NCBI GenBank assembly: GCA_964461075.1
Contig: CAYWST010000001.1
Coordinates: 11,234 to 75,233, forward strand
Length of the DNA stretch: 64,000 nt
Source of the DNA: an uncultured Solibacteraceae bacterium
Lineage (GTDB): Bacteria; Acidobacteriota; Terriglobia; Bryobacterales; Bryobacteraceae
Direction of reading: 5' to 3'
The translations under genes and the position numbers were made by a program. Shown piece by piece: positions 17,402-27,470 of the stretch (the stretch's first letter is position 1; the number at the start of each line of letters is the position of its first letter). The notes beneath the pieces were generated by a model that did no database searches, was not told where the DNA came from, and saw only the letters and a list, made by a program, of their open reading frames with translations.

Positions 17402-18496
17402 TCACCTGGCCTGACAATCGCAGCCGGAACGCAGGTCCATCCATTGCGCCGGCGGCAGGACGGACGAACGATAGCTCTCCAGCCGGCGCACGCGCTTCGC
17501 CGCGGCGATGCGCTGGCTCAGCGGCGGATGCGTCGAGAGATAGACGAGAACGCCGGGCAGGCCGGATGAGCGCTTCTCGAGCCGCTCAAAAGCCTCCGCC
17601 AGCGAGTTCGGATCGATGCCCGCCGAATTCAAGACGGCGAGAGCGCCGGAATCGGCCGCCTCCTCGTCGGATCGCATGTACCGAAGGGCTCCGAGCATGG
17701 CGACGCTGTCGGCCCATTCGTCGCCTCCTCCCAGCACGAGCGAGATGCCGAGGCGAAACCCGAGAATACGGATCAGATTGCGCGTTGCGTGACGCTCGAT
17801 GCCGTGGGTCATCTCGTGCGCCAGCACGGCGGCTACCTGGTCCGGAGAATCCATGGCGCAGATCATCCCGCTGTGGATGCCAAGATACCCTCCAGGGCCG
17901 GCCCAGGCGTTCGACTCGGCATTGCGGGTCACCGTAACGCGCCAGGTATAAGGCGACGGGCGGCCTGCCTCGAGCCGGGCCATGATTCGGCGAACACCGC
18001 CGTTCACCCGTTCATCCTCGATGGGGCTGGCTGCGAGGCCAGCCACGAAGGCCCGGCCCAGCCGTTCCTCTGCCGCGCGCGGAATGGCGTGAGCCAGCCG
18101 GACGGTCAGTTTTTGATATCCAAACCACATCCCGGCGGCAGCCGCAAACGCCGCCGCCGACATGATCACCAGGGCGAGCCTTTTCCTTCCGAAGACCGCG
18201 CTGTTCAACGGCTGGCCGGCGTAAAACGCGCGAGCGAAGTTCTCATCCTCGACAATCAGACATTCGCCGGTGTATGGCAGACGCTCGATCCGGACGCGGT
18301 TCATTGAGGCGTCGACGGCCGCCCGCCATGTCCCATCCGGCCAGATCGCGGCGCCGCGGGCCTCAATGTTCACTTCGAGCCCGGCGGCATGCCGGGACAC
18401 GGCGGCCGGCCGGCGGTCGGCGGCGCGGCCGTCGAAATACCATGCGGCAGCGGGCTCAGAGGTCAAAGCCCCCGCCGAAGTCGGAGTCAAGTTCAA
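17402..18496 (-). CDS. M48 family zinc metallopeptidase with N-terminal uncharacterised domain
   Basis: HEMTHGIERH (HExxH) plus a downstream EEAAD-type third-ligand region. One TM helix (LALVIMSAAAFAAAAGMWF). The start is uncertain: TTGs at 18496, 18490 and 18466 give overlaps of 41, 35 or 11 nt with the DUF898 gene. Confidence 0.8.
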   Translation of the reverse strand: MNLTPTSAGALTSEPAAAWYFDGRAADRRPAAVSRHAAGLEVNIEARGAAIWPDGTWRAAVDASMNRVRIERLPYTGECLIVEDENFARAFYAGQPLNSAVFGRKRLALVIMSAAAFAAAAGMWFGYQKLTVRLAHAIPRAAEERLGRAFVAGLAASPIEDERVNGGVRRIMARLEAGRPSPYTWRVTVTRNAESNAWAGPGGYLGIHSGMICAMDSPDQVAAVLAHEMTHGIERHATRNLIRILGFRLGISLVLGGGDEWADSVAMLGALRYMRSDEEAADSGALAVLNSAGIDPNSLAEAFERLEKRSSGLPGVLVYLSTHPPLSQRIAAAKRVRRLESYRSSVLPPAQWMDLRSGCDCQAR

Positions 18497-19499
18497 GCAG
18501 CGCGGAGACGCTTTCGCCGGTGGCGGTCGCCGGCGCAGCCATCTGCGTCACGTCGGCGTAGCCGGCGAAGTTCTCCAGCATCGTCGTGCGGCACAACAGT
18601 TGGATCCATCGGATCCTCGCCCAGGGCAGGCCGAGCCCAAGTGTGAAAACGGCCAGGAGAACATTGGTCACCCCAAGGCCCAGAATGTCGCGTCCGCGCA
18701 ATGTGGAGCGGAAGCGGGCCGAGCGCCAGGACGTGTGGCCGGCGCGGTAGCGGTGCTGGAGCGCGTAGTACCAGATCCCCGTCAAGTAAAAAGTCGGAAT
18801 GAGCAGGAACATCATGAGCGCGAAAGAACCGAACAGATCGCGGCCATCGCCGTCGTACTCGAATCTCTGGTCGCCATAGTGGCTCTTTCGCACCATGTAG
18901 CCGTGAAGATTGTTGACGAAAAACGGCGTGTAGAAACCGAGAGTAACGAGGGTCAGGCCCAATCCCTTGTAGTAAAGCCGGGCAAACTCACCCGGACGGG
19001 CGGTGGAACGAAAGTGGATTCCGCGCAGGGAGGTGCGGCTTAACCGGTACCGCTGCATGCCCACCAGCGCCCACGGCGCGATCAGAACGATGCCGCCGTA
19101 CAGGAACAGAGCGCCGGCGAGGGAACCCCATTTCTGATCAGCCAGCGTCAACACGATGAATAAGACGTAGAACGCGGCGACGAACAATATCGCTTTCAGC
19201 CATCCCTTGAGCATCTCCATGGCCGTGCCGTGCCAGGCGAATCGATCCTCATCCATGCGAAGAGAGCCGTAAAGGTAGCGGCGGATTTCAGTCCTCCCCC
19301 AGAAACTGTAAATCCCCAGCGTCGCGATACTGAGCAGGATCGTCTTCAGATAAAGCAACAACAACGTCACCCCGTTCGCATCGCAGGTAAACTGAGCGGT
19401 GCGCGTCCCGGCGGGATTGACGCAATACCGGCAGGCTCCGCCGATCTCCTCAGCGCCGCATTGAGTGCAGAAGGGCATGATCGGACAAGATCCTATCAC
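18456..19499 (-). CDS. YjgN/DUF898 family inner-membrane protein with N-terminal zinc ribbon
   Basis: CTQCG...CRYC, then duplicated DUF898-type segments (LSIATLGIYSFWGRTEIRRYLYGSL...F.WHG and LTLVTLGFYTPFF....GDQRFEYDG) with multiple TM helices. Confidence 0.75.
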   Translation of the reverse strand: MIGSCPIMPFCTQCGAEEIGGACRYCVNPAGTRTAQFTCDANGVTLLLLYLKTILLSIATLGIYSFWGRTEIRRYLYGSLRMDEDRFAWHGTAMEMLKGWLKAILFVAAFYVLFIVLTLADQKWGSLAGALFLYGGIVLIAPWALVGMQRYRLSRTSLRGIHFRSTARPGEFARLYYKGLGLTLVTLGFYTPFFVNNLHGYMVRKSHYGDQRFEYDGDGRDLFGSFALMMFLLIPTFYLTGIWYYALQHRYRAGHTSWRSARFRSTLRGRDILGLGVTNVLLAVFTLGLGLPWARIRWIQLLCRTTMLENFAGYADVTQMAAPATATGESVSALLELDSDFGGGFDL

Positions 19500-19538
19500 A
19501 GATTATGGAGAAAAGAGCGATCGCTTTTCCCAGCAGGA

Positions 19539-21002
19539 TCAGGACATGGAGGCGGTCTGGGAAACCGCGGAGCCAACAGGAGTGAAGGGGATTTCGAACC
19601 AGAAAACGGAGCCTGATTCGCCGCCGGAACGCACCCCGATGCGGCCGCCCATCAACTCGACCAGTTGGCGGGAGATGGCGAGCCCGAGACCCGCGCCGCC
19701 GTGGCGCCGCGCGAGCGAGGGGTCGGCCTGCGAGAATCGCTGAAACAAAATCGGCCTGACCTGTTCGGGGACGCCCGGGCCCGTGTCATGGACTTCGAAG
19801 ACAATCCGTTCCGGCCGCCCGTGTTCAGGCTGCCTGGTCACGCAGAGCCTCACCGAACCCGAATCGGTGAATTTGATTGCATTCCCGAGCAGGTTGAGGA
19901 GAATCTGCCGCAGACGCGCCGCGTCGCCCACGATTTCGTCCGGCAGGTCGGCGGCAAGCTCGACGGAGAACGCCAGCCCCTTTCCGTAGGCCTGGCTGGC
20001 GATGATGCCGGCCGTCTGACGCACAGTACTCGCCAGGGGGATTGGGGCTGCGGCCAGCTCGACCTTCCCCGATTCCAGCCGTGACAGATCGAGGAGTTCA
20101 TTGACCAGACCGAGGAGGCTCGACCCGCTGGTTCGAATCAGCTCGAGATACTCGGATTGCTCAGAATCAAGTGGAGTATCCGCGAGCAGATCGGCCATCC
20201 CCAGAATCCCATTCAGCGGCGTGCGGATTTCATGGCTTACATTCGCCAGAAACTGGCTCTTGATGCGGGACGCTTCCATTGCGGCGTCACGGGCGAGGGC
20301 CAGTTCGCGCGTTCTGGTTTCGACGATTCTCTGGATCTCCTTGTTGCGGTGAATCAGATCGCTCAGACGCAGGCTAAGCAGGAGAGTCGCCAGGATTCCG
20401 CAGGAAAACAGAATGATCGGCTGCCATGTGCTGCCGGCCGCGACATATCCGGGAACGGCGATGCACCGGATTCTCCAGTTCCGGCCGGCCGCATGCAGTT
20501 CGCGCAGATAATCGGGCATTGTGAGCCTGCCGAGGAGCGCCGAAAGAACGGTCTTCTCGTATTTCATCCTCGAACGGTGCGTGTGAACAAGCCTGCCGCC
20601 CTGGTCGAGGTCGTAAACCTCGACGGAGACCCCGTGTGGGCGGAGGTAAGTGAAAGCCCGCTCGATCACCATCGGCAGATCAGCCGGCGTCAGCGCCCTG
20701 CCTCCTCGCGAAGATTCCTCCAGTTCCCGGCGAATGGAGGATACCCGATTCTCTGAAGCCGCCTCGAATTGGACCCGCAGCAGACGGGTCTCGGCGCGTG
20801 AAGCGCTCCAGGCAACCGCGATCGAAAGCGCAATGCCGGCAAGAAGTGCGAGAAGAGGGGTCAAACGTCCCAAATCTGAGTATCGGCAAACGGGGAGCCA
20901 ACCCCGATGACAATTTGATGAACTCTCTGTAAAGACGTGATCCGCCAGCCTTTGATACGATCTTTGGCGCACCGAGGGATTGCCAATGAAGTCGAAGATC
21001 AC
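19539..21002 (-). CDS. sensor histidine kinase (periplasmic sensor loop between two TM helices)
   Basis: H-box [14 protein letters not shown]-box [13 protein letters not shown]1 HDTGPGV, G2 [10 protein letters not shown]. The start is uncertain: the 21002 start overlaps the divergent gene, and an in-frame TTG just before [18 protein letters not shown] is equally possible. Confidence 0.8.
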   Translation of the reverse strand: MIFDFIGNPSVRQRSYQRLADHVFTESSSNCHRGWLPVCRYSDLGRLTPLLALLAGIALSIAVAWSASRAETRLLRVQFEAASENRVSSIRRELEESSRGGRALTPADLPMVIERAFTYLRPHGVSVEVYDLDQGGRLVHTHRSRMKYEKTVLSALLGRLTMPDYLRELHAAGRNWRIRCIAVPGYVAAGSTWQPIILFSCGILATLLLSLRLSDLIHRNKEIQRIVETRTRELALARDAAMEASRIKSQFLANVSHEIRTPLNGILGMADLLADTPLDSEQSEYLELIRTSGSSLLGLVNELLDLSRLESGKVELAAAPIPLASTVRQTAGIIASQAYGKGLAFSVELAADLPDEIVGDAARLRQILLNLLGNAIKFTDSGSVRLCVTRQPEHGRPERIVFEVHDTGPGVPEQVRPILFQRFSQADPSLARRHGGAGLGLAISRQLVELMGGRIGVRSGGESGSVFWFEIPFTPVGSAVSQTASMS

Positions 21003-21786
21003 CGTAACCGTTTTCGCCTGCGCCTCCGCGCTCGTCGCCCAACTCGGCTACAAGGACACACCGATGCTTCCCGGACAGCCGTGGCGCGTTCACGACATCG
21101 ACCGGCCGCGCCCGAAACAGATCACGCCCGGCGACCTGCCCTTCCAGCCGCCGTCGGACGCCATCGTCCTTTTCGACGGCAAAGACCTCTCCAAGTGGGT
21201 GGAGCATGGCAGGGGGGCGAATCAGGGCAAGGTGGTCGCCCCGACATGGAAGATCGAAAACGGCTACATCGAGTGGGCCCCCGGCTCAGGCGATCTTTTT
21301 ACCAAGGAAGGGTTTGGCGACGCGCAATATCACATCGAATGGTCCTCTCCCGTTGTGATCGAGCATGAGGGGCAGAACCGGGGCAACTCCGGCGTCATCA
21401 TCATGGGCCGCTATGAGATCCAGGTCCTCGATTCCTGGAACAATCCGACTTACGCGGACGGGCAGGCGGGGGCGATCTACGGGCAATGGCCGCCACTGGT
21501 GGCTCCCGTGAAGAAACCCGGCGAGTGGAACTACTACGACATCGTGTTCGAAGCGCCGAAGTGGGAGGGCGACAAACTGGTCAAGCCCGCCTATCAGACC
21601 GTGTTCTACAACGGCGTCGTCGTGCACAACCGCAAGGAAGTGATCGGGCGGATGGCGCACCGCCAGGTAGGGACCTATGCCCCGCATGGACCCGAAGAAC
21701 CGCTCCTTCTGCAGGACCACGGCTCAAAGGTCAGGTTCAGGAATATTTGGGTCCGCCGGCTGGCCGGATACGATCAAAAGAACTGA
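20986..21786 (+). CDS. DUF1080 (3-keto-disaccharide hydrolase-like) exported protein
   Basis: ATG 6 nt after GAGGGA ([19 protein letters not shown] signal). Family-typical segments are [22 protein letters not shown]...RYEIQVLD and [18 protein letters not shown]. Confidence 0.8.
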   Translation: MKSKITVTVFACASALVAQLGYKDTPMLPGQPWRVHDIDRPRPKQITPGDLPFQPPSDAIVLFDGKDLSKWVEHGRGANQGKVVAPTWKIENGYIEWAPGSGDLFTKEGFGDAQYHIEWSSPVVIEHEGQNRGNSGVIIMGRYEIQVLDSWNNPTYADGQAGAIYGQWPPLVAPVKKPGEWNYYDIVFEAPKWEGDKLVKPAYQTVFYNGVVVHNRKEVIGRMAHRQVGTYAPHGPEEPLLLQDHGSKVRFRNIWVRRLAGYDQKN

Positions 21787-22319
21787 TGACTGAGATCGCA
21801 ACGTTGGGCGGAGGCTGCTTCTGGTGCCTGGAGGCGGTCTATGACGAAGTGCACGGGGTGGAGTCGGTCGAGAGCGGCTACATGGGCGGCTCGGTGGAGG
21901 ATCCGAACTATCGCTCCGTCTGCACCGGAACCACGGGCCATGCCGAAGTCGTGCAGGTGACATTCGATCCGGAAATCATTTCTTTCCGGGACATCCTGGA
22001 AATCTTCTTCGTCATCCACGACCCGACGACGCTCAACCGGCAGGGCAGCGACGTGGGGACGCAATACCGGAGCGTGATCTTCGTCCATTCGGCGGAGCAG
22101 GAGGTTGTGGCGCGGGGGTTCATTCAGGAACTGACCGAAGCGAAGACGTTCGACGATCCGATTGTCACCGAGGTGGCGAAGGCCGGCAAGTTCTGGATCG
22201 CCGAGGATTATCATCAGGAGTACTTCGCGCGGAACCCGCACCAGCCTTACTGCATGTTCGTGGTAAACCCGAAGGTGGCCAAGTTCCGCGCGAAGTTCAG
22301 CGCGCGCAGGAGAACGTGA
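21786..22319 (+). CDS. msrA: peptide-methionine (S)-S-oxide reductase
   Basis: ORF 21486-22319 trimmed to [19 protein letters not shown] (GCFWC active site). The motifs GHAEVVQVTFDP and YHQ.Y are present. The ATG overlaps the upstream TGA by 1 nt. Confidence 0.9.
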   Translation: MTEIATLGGGCFWCLEAVYDEVHGVESVESGYMGGSVEDPNYRSVCTGTTGHAEVVQVTFDPEIISFRDILEIFFVIHDPTTLNRQGSDVGTQYRSVIFVHSAEQEVVARGFIQELTEAKTFDDPIVTEVAKAGKFWIAEDYHQEYFARNPHQPYCMFVVNPKVAKFRAKFSARRRT

Positions 22320-24635
22320 TTAGTGCCCCTCTTCCCACTCGAAGTACGAAGCGTAGCCCGCGCCCATGTTGCGGGCGAGCCAGAGCCGGTACTCGCGCGA
22401 GGAAGTGCGGGTGACGCCGCGCGCGGGAGCTTCGGCGGTGTTGCCGAGGACGAGCACGTTCATGCGGCCTTCAATGGTGACGGCGCAGACGATTTCGTCG
22501 CGGTAGTCGCCCCACAGGTCGGCGGCCATGAGGACGCGGCAGCCTTCCGGCGCGGGAGCGGCTCCGGCAGGTTCGAGAGCGGAACCGTTGAACTTCATCA
22601 GCCGTTTTCCGTCGGTGGAGAGCAGTTCGCGTGAATTCCTGCCGAGCCAGTTGACCGGACGCCAGGAGCCGGGCAGCGGATTCATCAGGACTTTGCCCGT
22701 CGAGGAAAACAGGAAAGAGTTCTTGGCCTCGTGACCGTCGGTATTGGTCAGCATCTCGAAGCCGGGCGAACCCTCCCAGATGTCGGCGGCCCATCCGATG
22801 TGGGCGTGGCCCCAGCGCGGATCGTCTTCGCGATTGATCTTCCAATGGAGCCTGCCGGTTTTGGCGTCGACCACGTAGGCGCCTGCGTGAGTGTTGCTCT
22901 CGACGGCGTAATAAACCTGACGGTCCTTGTTCCCAAGGATGTGCTTGATCGCGACAATATCGGGATGCAGGCGGTAGATGCTCCAGCGCAGCGTGCCGTC
23001 CGGGTTGAGCAGCGTGGTGCCATCGAAGACTTCGTCGCGTCCGTCTCCGTCGACGTCGGCGATGTCGACGTGATGCGAGCCCGAACCCGATGTGGCGCCG
23101 GTGCTTTCGTACTTCCACAGAAGCTTAAGGCCGGCGTCCCAGGCATGGAAAAGCTCGTTTTCGTAAAGGCCGGTTTGCGTGACAAGACTTGGGCGCTTGC
23201 CGTCAAGATAGGCGACCGCCATGTGGACGCGCGTCGAAGTTCCGGCCGTATCGGTGTACATGGCCGGCCACTTCACCTTCTTCTTCGTCTCGCCGGTCAT
23301 GCCGTCGAGGATGGCGAGCCAGATCTGACCTTGCTCTTCGACGCGGGCGGCGACCTCGGCGCGCCCGTCGCCGTCGAGATCGTAGATAAGCACGGGCGCG
23401 TTGTTGGCGTTGCCGTAGGAGGCGTTGTGGGAGATGAGTGGCCGGCGCCAGAGCTGTTTCCCGTAGCTCGTGAAGGCTTCGAGTTCGACGGGCGCTCCGG
23501 GGTCGGGACGATTCTCCTGAATGAGGTTGTCCTCCCGGAAAACGACGTCGAGCAACCCGTCTCCGTTGAGGTCGCCGAAGATGGGCGTCGCTCCACCCTG
23601 CCTGATGCCGGGCTCAAAGCGCGCGGCGATCGCCATGCCGTTGGCGTCGACAACCTCAGCGCCCCACTCGGAAGGCGCGCCCTCGGCGCCGCCGGCAAGG
23701 ACGGCGCGAATCCGGTAGTAGGGCCGGCCGGCAGGCGCTCCGGCGTCCAGGAACGCGGTAGGCCCGGTGAGCGGTTCACGGTTGAGCCTGGTTCCGGCGA
23801 CATCGCGCCGGGTGGAACGGTAGACGTTGAAGCCACTGGTGGATTCGCCGGGCAGAAGTTGCCACGAGACATGCACGCCATTGCCGGTGCGGATCACCAT
23901 CACCCGCCGCGTCTGCCTCCTGAAATGTGTTGAGTTCAGCGGCTCACGAACAAGCCGGAACCCGAGATCCGGGTGACGGATGCCCGCGCCTCCGGCGCCG
24001 CCTCGCACGCCGATCTTGAGGTACGCCGCCGAGCGAGCCCACGAGCCGCCCATGACGGATGAGTCCTTCTGCACCGGCCGGTGGAGGCGGAAGATCCATC
24101 GCTGCGTCGCCGGATCCTGATCAGTCTGGACCATCTGCCAGACGTTGCCAGCGAGGTCGTAGAGCTTCCAGGGATTCGGCGCATACGAGCGCACCGGCTT
24201 CAGGTGCTTCTTCCAGTCAGGGTAGGAACGCGTGCCGTCCGGGTCGAAGTTGGCCTGGTCCTTGGGAGCGTCGCCGCCCCACGCATACGGCACGGCCGGG
24301 CGTCCGGCACGGGCGGCGTACTCAAACTCGGATGGATACGGCAGCCGATAGGCGCGCTTCTCCACAGCCGAACGCCACTCGAGGTACTTTTCGACGTCGT
24401 ACCTGTTGACGTAAATGACCGGGTGATTCTCAAAGCCTTGCGGCGGCGCGTTCTGCTGCCAATGCTGGGGAGCGGGGTGTCCGGTGGCGCGGATGAAGAG
24501 GGCGTATTCGGCGTTGGTGACGGGAGCATCGGCCATCTCGAAATCGAGAACATCGCCGTCGCCTCGGACGGGGATGAAAGTCTCCGCCGCCCCACCGGGA
24601 AGAAGTAGAAATGCGATCAGGACAAGGAGCTTCAT
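22320..24635 (-). CDS. exported multidomain protein: FGE/SUMF1-like domain + Fn3-like + FG-GAP/rhamnogalacturonan-lyase-like beta-propeller
   Basis: Signal peptide MKLLVLIAFLLLPGGAA. The FGE-sulfatase-type segment is VTNAEYALFIRATGH..HPVIYVNRYDVEKYLEW..YRLPYPSEFEYAARAG..NPWKLYDLAGNVWQM..GGSW..GFRLVRE. Repeated DxDGDG calcium/FG-GAP-like units (DLNGDGLLDV, DLDGDGRAEV, DVDGDGRDEV) follow, and the C-terminus is PL11-like. Confidence 0.7.
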   Translation of the reverse strand: MKLLVLIAFLLLPGGAAETFIPVRGDGDVLDFEMADAPVTNAEYALFIRATGHPAPQHWQQNAPPQGFENHPVIYVNRYDVEKYLEWRSAVEKRAYRLPYPSEFEYAARAGRPAVPYAWGGDAPKDQANFDPDGTRSYPDWKKHLKPVRSYAPNPWKLYDLAGNVWQMVQTDQDPATQRWIFRLHRPVQKDSSVMGGSWARSAAYLKIGVRGGAGGAGIRHPDLGFRLVREPLNSTHFRRQTRRVMVIRTGNGVHVSWQLLPGESTSGFNVYRSTRRDVAGTRLNREPLTGPTAFLDAGAPAGRPYYRIRAVLAGGAEGAPSEWGAEVVDANGMAIAARFEPGIRQGGATPIFGDLNGDGLLDVVFREDNLIQENRPDPGAPVELEAFTSYGKQLWRRPLISHNASYGNANNAPVLIYDLDGDGRAEVAARVEEQGQIWLAILDGMTGETKKKVKWPAMYTDTAGTSTRVHMAVAYLDGKRPSLVTQTGLYENELFHAWDAGLKLLWKYESTGATSGSGSHHVDIADVDGDGRDEVFDGTTLLNPDGTLRWSIYRLHPDIVAIKHILGNKDRQVYYAVESNTHAGAYVVDAKTGRLHWKINREDDPRWGHAHIGWAADIWEGSPGFEMLTNTDGHEAKNSFLFSSTGKVLMNPLPGSWRPVNWLGRNSRELLSTDGKRLMKFNGSALEPAGAAPAPEGCRVLMAADLWGDYRDEIVCAVTIEGRMNVLVLGNTAEAPARGVTRTSSREYRLWLARNMGAGYASYFEWEEGH

Positions 24636-24662
24636 TTGACGCCGAAGCTATCATAAACCTCA

Positions 24663-26291
24663 ATGGGTATAAATCGTGCCGCTTTACTTATTCTGGCTCT
24701 GGCGGCTGCCGCATCCGCCGCTCCGCGCTTCGAAGTGCGGTTTTCAAGAGAGGCGCGATCCGCGGCGGTGGACGGGAGGCTCGTCCTCGTCCTGGCCGCG
24801 AAACCACAACCGGAGCCGCGGTTCCAGGTTTCGTGGGGCCTCAATACGGCCCAGATTTTCGGAATCGATGTGGAAGGCTGGCAGCCGGATCAGGCAGTGG
24901 CGATCGGCCCGGACGCCGTCGGGCATCCTTTGGCGAGTCTCTCAGACCTCAAGCCGGGCACATACTCCGTGCAGGCCGTCCTGAACGTTTACGAAACCAT
25001 CAGGCGCTCCGACGGGCGCGTCTTGAAATTGCCCTGGGACGGCGGCGAAGGGCAGCAGTGGAACCGTTCGCCCGGCAATCTCTTCAGCAAAGTCGTGGAA
25101 GTGCGAATCGAGAACGACTCCACGCACACGATTACGCTCGACTCAGCGATCCCGCCCATGCCCGAGCCCAAAGACACGAAATGGGTGCGGCACGTGAAAT
25201 ACGAGTCGAAGCTGCTCAGCGACTTCTGGGGCCGGTCCGTGCGACTCGGCGCGATCGTGCTTGTGCCGCCCGGCTTCGACGAGAATTCGCAGCAGCGCTA
25301 TCCGGTCGCTTATCAGCAGGGCCATTTCCCGCGCGGCTTTCGCGCGTTCACTGAGAACCCGCCCAGCCGGTTCTTTCAGGAGTGGACCTCCGGACGGCTG
25401 CCGAAATTCCTGATCGTGCTCACGCAGCACGCCACACCCTTCTATGACGACTCCTACGGCGTCAACACAGCGAACAACGGGCCCTATGGCGATGCGCTGA
25501 CCAAAGAGTTCTATCCGTGGCTCGAGCAGCGCTTCCGCGCGATCGGCGAGCCCTGGGCGCGCGTCCTTTACGGCGGTTCAACGGGCGGGTGGATGAGCCT
25601 GGCGCAGCAGATCTTCTATCCGGATTTCTTTGGGGGCGCATGGAGCTTCTGCCCCGACCCGGTGGACTTCAGCGCCTTTCAGCTCATCAACGTCTACTCG
25701 GATACGAACGCCCACTACGACACAGGCACGTTTTCCAAACTTCCGAAACTTCTGGGCCGCCTGCCCGACGGCCGCGCGCTCGCCACCAATGAAGGGTTCA
25801 CCCGGCAGGAACTTGTCCTGGGCTCGAAGGGACGCTCGGGAGGCCAACTCGACGCCTTCCATGCGGTCTTTGGCCCCGCCGGCAAGGACGGCTACCCAGC
25901 GAAGCTCTGGGACCCGCTGACCGGTGACATCGACAAGGAAGTAGCGCGCTACTGGACTGAGAACTTCGACCTCACAGCCATCCTCAAGAAGAACTGGGAG
26001 TCGCTCGGTCCGCGTTTAGTCGGCAAGATCCACATCACGATGGGCACGAAGGACACGTTCTTTCTCGAAACCGCGACGCGCAAGCTCGAGGAGTTTCTCG
26101 AGTCCACCAAACTTCCCCGGCAAGGCCCTTACTACGGGGGCTCGGTCTTGTATGGCAACGACAAGCCGCATTGCTGGGCCGGCGATATTCCTCGCGGGAT
26201 GACCACGGAAGAATACTATTTACCCGTTTTCGCCGATCACATTCGCAGGATGGCGCCGAAAGAAGCGGACACGAAATCGTGGATGCCGTGA
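24663..26291 (+). CDS. exported alpha/beta-hydrolase, putative esterase family
   Basis: Signal peptide MGINRAALLILALAAAASAAP. The esterase-like nucleophile elbow region is VLYGGSTGGWMSL. The N-terminal beta-sandwich plus hydrolase layout resembles enterochelin-esterase-type proteins. Confidence 0.6.
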   Translation: MGINRAALLILALAAAASAAPRFEVRFSREARSAAVDGRLVLVLAAKPQPEPRFQVSWGLNTAQIFGIDVEGWQPDQAVAIGPDAVGHPLASLSDLKPGTYSVQAVLNVYETIRRSDGRVLKLPWDGGEGQQWNRSPGNLFSKVVEVRIENDSTHTITLDSAIPPMPEPKDTKWVRHVKYESKLLSDFWGRSVRLGAIVLVPPGFDENSQQRYPVAYQQGHFPRGFRAFTENPPSRFFQEWTSGRLPKFLIVLTQHATPFYDDSYGVNTANNGPYGDALTKEFYPWLEQRFRAIGEPWARVLYGGSTGGWMSLAQQIFYPDFFGGAWSFCPDPVDFSAFQLINVYSDTNAHYDTGTFSKLPKLLGRLPDGRALATNEGFTRQELVLGSKGRSGGQLDAFHAVFGPAGKDGYPAKLWDPLTGDIDKEVARYWTENFDLTAILKKNWESLGPRLVGKIHITMGTKDTFFLETATRKLEEFLESTKLPRQGPYYGGSVLYGNDKPHCWAGDIPRGMTTEEYYLPVFADHIRRMAPKEADTKSWMP

Positions 26292-26588
26292 AGGCCTGAA
26301 ATCAAGCCTTCTTCGCCAGCTCGAGTGAAAGCACGTGCTCGTGCGTGGCGCGGGCGACAACCTCAAAGCCGGTGTCCGAGGCCATGGCAAGGTAATTCTT
26401 CATCCCGTAGGGCTCATCCGGCCAGAGTGTTCCATAACCAGTCTGCACGGTCTCCGCGGGCAACTTGAGATCAAGGACGCAATGATCTGTCTTCTTGTCA
26501 TTTCGGATCTCCTACTCTCTAACGGTCCGCTCTCGAAATGGTTTGCACAAACCGCGACGCGGTACAATCGAACGATTCAAGGAGGGCG

Positions 26589-27470
26589 ATGATGTCGAGT
26601 CAGAATCTGGAAGAGCATCTCAAGAGCGTCTATCCCGCTCCGGAGCCCGCTGCGCGGCGCGGTTTCCTGGTCAACTCGCTGACCGCCGGGTTCGCCCTGG
26701 GGGTGCAACCCGTTTCCGCCCAAACCATCACGACGGATACCGCCGGGCTCGAAGCGGGCGAGGTGAAAATCCCGGTGCAGGGCGGCCAGATGCCGGCCTA
26801 CCGCGCCATGCCCTCGGGCAAGCGGGGACTGCCGATCGTCCTTGTGGTGCACGAGATCTTCGGCGTTCACGAGTACATCAAGGACATCTGCAGAAGGCTG
26901 GCGAAGGCCGGGCACCTGGCCGTCGCGCCGGATCTCTATGCGCGGCAGGGCCGGGTGGATAACCTGGCGAACTTCGACGAGATCCGTAAAGTGGTTGGGC
27001 AGGTTCCCGATTCCCAGGTGATGGCCGACCTCGACTCGACGCTCTCCTGGGCCTCGAACAACGGCGGCACTGCAAGCAAAGCGGCGGTTACCGGGTATTG
27101 CTGGGGAGGCCGCATCGTCTGGCTCTACGCAGCGCATCAACCGGGGCTGAAAGCAGGCGTCGCGTGGTATGGAAGCCTGGTCGCGCGGCAGGCGAGCCCG
27201 TTGCAGCCGAAGTCGCCAATCGATATCGCGGGAGACCTCAAAGCCCCGGTCCTCGGCCTCTACGGGGAAGCGGACCAGGGCATTCCCGTAGCGACCGTCG
27301 AGCAGATGCGCGAGGCGGTCAAGAAGGCGGGCAAGACCGCGGAGATCATCGTCTATCCACAAGGGCCGCACGGTTTCCATGCGGACTATCGCCCCAGCTA
27401 TCGCAAGGAGATGGCCGAGGACGGATGGAATCGGCTTCTGGCCTGGTTCAAACAACACGGAGTCGCGTGA
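26589..27470 (+). CDS. dienelactone hydrolase family protein (Tat-type signal)
   Basis: ATGATG directly after GGAGGG. The signal is [17 protein letters not shown]. Family segments are [28 protein letters not shown] and HGFHADYRP. Confidence 0.85.
   Translation: MMSSQNLEEHLKSVYPAPEPAARRGFLVNSLTAGFALGVQPVSAQTITTDTAGLEAGEVKIPVQGGQMPAYRAMPSGKRGLPIVLVVHEIFGVHEYIKDICRRLAKAGHLAVAPDLYARQGRVDNLANFDEIRKVVGQVPDSQVMADLDSTLSWASNNGGTASKAAVTGYCWGGRIVWLYAAHQPGLKAGVAWYGSLVARQASPLQPKSPIDIAGDLKAPVLGLYGEADQGIPVATVEQMREAVKKAGKTAEIIVYPQGPHGFHADYRPSYRKEMAEDGWNRLLAWFKQHGVA

Noticed and set aside
24636-24662. TTGACG hexamer in the 27-nt spacer between divergent genes, considered as a -35 box.
   Set aside because: There is no acceptable -10 element at 16-18 nt, and the spacer is too short to judge. 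It is not reportable as a promoter.
27098-27466. N-terminal extensions of ORF-track calls: 27098-27466, 43138-43677, 21486-21785, 39137-39238, 15571-15708, 17331-17444, 33303-33392, 43567-43668, 2509-2574 and 6509-6538.
   Set aside because: The extensions overlap upstream genes or encode Arg/Pro-rich junk. Downstream in-frame starts give proper signal peptides or conserved N-termini, and often have an SD or a 4-nt stop/start overlap.
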